Position numbers and translations under genes: made by a program
The notes under the pieces: generated by a model
Database searches by the model: none
Seen by the model: the letters and a program-made list of their open reading frames with translations, nothing else
Told to the model about the DNA's origin: nothing
From: Candidatus Hermodarchaeota archaeon
GTDB taxonomy: Archaea; Asgardarchaeota; Lokiarchaeia; Sigyniarchaeales; SOKP01
Direction: 5' to 3'
Length of the DNA stretch: 18,281 nucleotides
Assembly: GCA_048885925.1 (NCBI GenBank)
Contig: JBHLLG010000056.1
Span: forward strand, 1-18,281
Shown here: piece by piece, positions 17,142 through 18,281 of the stretch
Layout: each line of letters begins with the position of its first letter
How positions within the stretch are numbered: position 1 is the first letter of the stretch

Positions 17142-17480
17142 TTTATAATTGAATCCTTGAAAATTAATCACCCAGTTATAAAGGAAGTAGGGCTTCTTGT
17201 TGAAAATCCTTTCAGAGCTTTGAAAATACATTAGAAAATCTTCGAGGTAAATCCTTCCCACCTGAATTATTAAAAAATTTTTCTATGAGTGCTAGACAAA
17301 AATGTCGGGGAAAAATATCGGGAACCCATGTCAGTTATTATTAGAAGAGATTTCTCTGGAGTAGCGGATCCAACACTTTCTTTAAAGTTAATATGTGCTA
17401 TTGAAAAAGAAAATCAATCAATACTATCAGAGAATGCAACTATGAGTGAATATAAGGCAAGATTTTGTAAGAATTATTAA
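17142..17480 (+). pseudogene. Possible frameshifted relic of an unidentified gene
   Basis: GC is higher than in other spacers, and three overlapping open frames occur in succession (17142-17234, 17213-17344, 17289-17480). No family recognised. Confidence 0.3.
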
Positions 17481-17525
17481 ATGAAGAAATTAAATTAATA
17501 TATATTATATAATCTAATTAATATC

Positions 17526-18281
17526 ATGGATGAAATTGACCTTCTAATAATTCGAAAGCTATTAGAAAATTCTCGTATCACATATCGAGAATTAGCAGAA
17601 ATAATTAATCTTTCTGTAAGTGCAGTTCACAAACGTATAAAAGCTCTTGAAGATGACGGGGTTATTACTGCTTATATTGCAAGACCAAGTGTTATAGCAT
17701 TAAAATGTTTATTTGTAGTGGTATATGGTACATCTAAGGCAAAAGTGATGGGGCTTGTTCGAAAAATACTAGGACAACACGAAAATATTAATGAGGTCGC
17801 TATTCTGGGAAGTAAATACTTTTTTATATCTGCTTATTTAAGAGATATATCAGAACTTCAAGAGTTTAGTAGTTATGTCTCAAAAACGGCTCAAATTAGT
17901 GAGCCATTGATAGGAATTTTAAATGTACCCTATATAACTATCCCAGAGACACTAATCAATACTGATTTTAAGATTTTAAAGTATTTAAATCGAGACGCGA
18001 GGAAACCTATAACAGATGTTGCAGATGACACGGGTTTAAGTTCAAAAACAGTTAGAAAACGGATAGATAATATGATCAAGAATAAATTAGTTTCATTTAC
18101 TATAGAGTGGAAACCATTATCTACACAAAGTTTTTTTTCTATTTTTTTTATATATCTAAACGAAGGTACCAATATGAATAATACATTTCGGCAGCTTAGC
18201 AAGAAATATTCTAAAAACATTGCATATATGATAAACTATAGTAATATTCCGAACTTTATCAATATGATTACATGGGCAAAA
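17526..18281 (+). CDS. Double-domain Lrp/AsnC regulator (clade 1), partial, runs off the window
   Basis: MDEIDLLIIRKLLENSRITYRELAE...LNRDARKPITDVADDTGLSSKTVRKR...NYSNIPNF, open to the window end. Absent from the ORF track. Confidence 0.92.
   Translation, partial: MDEIDLLIIRKLLENSRITYRELAEIINLSVSAVHKRIKALEDDGVITAYIARPSVIALKCLFVVVYGTSKAKVMGLVRKILGQHENINEVAILGSKYFFISAYLRDISELQEFSSYVSKTAQISEPLIGILNVPYITIPETLINTDFKILKYLNRDARKPITDVADDTGLSSKTVRKRIDNMIKNKLVSFTIEWKPLSTQSFFSIFFIYLNEGTNMNNTFRQLSKKYSKNIAYMINYSNIPNFINMITWAK

Noticed and set aside
83-18220. Short antisense or overlapping ORFs in the track (e.g. 83..310, 528..749, 1586..1903, 2440..2694, 6265..6663, 10068..10301, 15110..15298, 15226..15450, 16835..17152, 17930..18220)
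   Set aside because: They shadow well-supported genes and show no recognisable motifs.
1-18281. IS, transposase, integrase, tRNA or rRNA
   Set aside because: No catalytic motifs, terminal inverted repeats with target duplications, or GC-rich structured RNA segments were found by eye.

Overview
AT-rich (about 30% GC by eye) accessory region, most likely from an archaeon and plausibly Asgard/Lokiarchaeia. This is inferred from GGTGA/GGAGG-type RBSs, oligo-T terminators, TATA-like boxes and an expanded family of ~290-aa double-domain Lrp/AsnC regulators. The window holds five Lrp/AsnC paralogues, a further winged-helix regulator, three DUF6326-like and two DUF4386-like membrane genes, and an ABC-2 exporter. 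It also has an MDR oxidoreductase, a stand-alone E2-type acyltransferase, a QueG/RdhA-like Fe-S protein, a homocysteine S-methyltransferase-family protein, three flavodoxin-fold proteins and a small zinc ribbon. I found no rRNA, tRNA, CRISPR array, integrase or transposase. The main unexplained structure is non-coding. (1) A ~230-bp control element occurs three times; each copy has three 15-bp TTC-N9-GAA-type sites at near-fixed spacing plus a TATA-like box, follows an Lrp gene or its remnant, and precedes different cargo. (2) A gene 3' end plus terminator occurs as three direct repeats. (3) A 68-bp promoter is duplicated. (4) Several scars indicate gene replacement, including a higher-GC DUF4386 gene that appears to have been inserted into a DUF6326 gene. 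Together these suggest a modular 'regulator + promoter + exchangeable cargo' locus.
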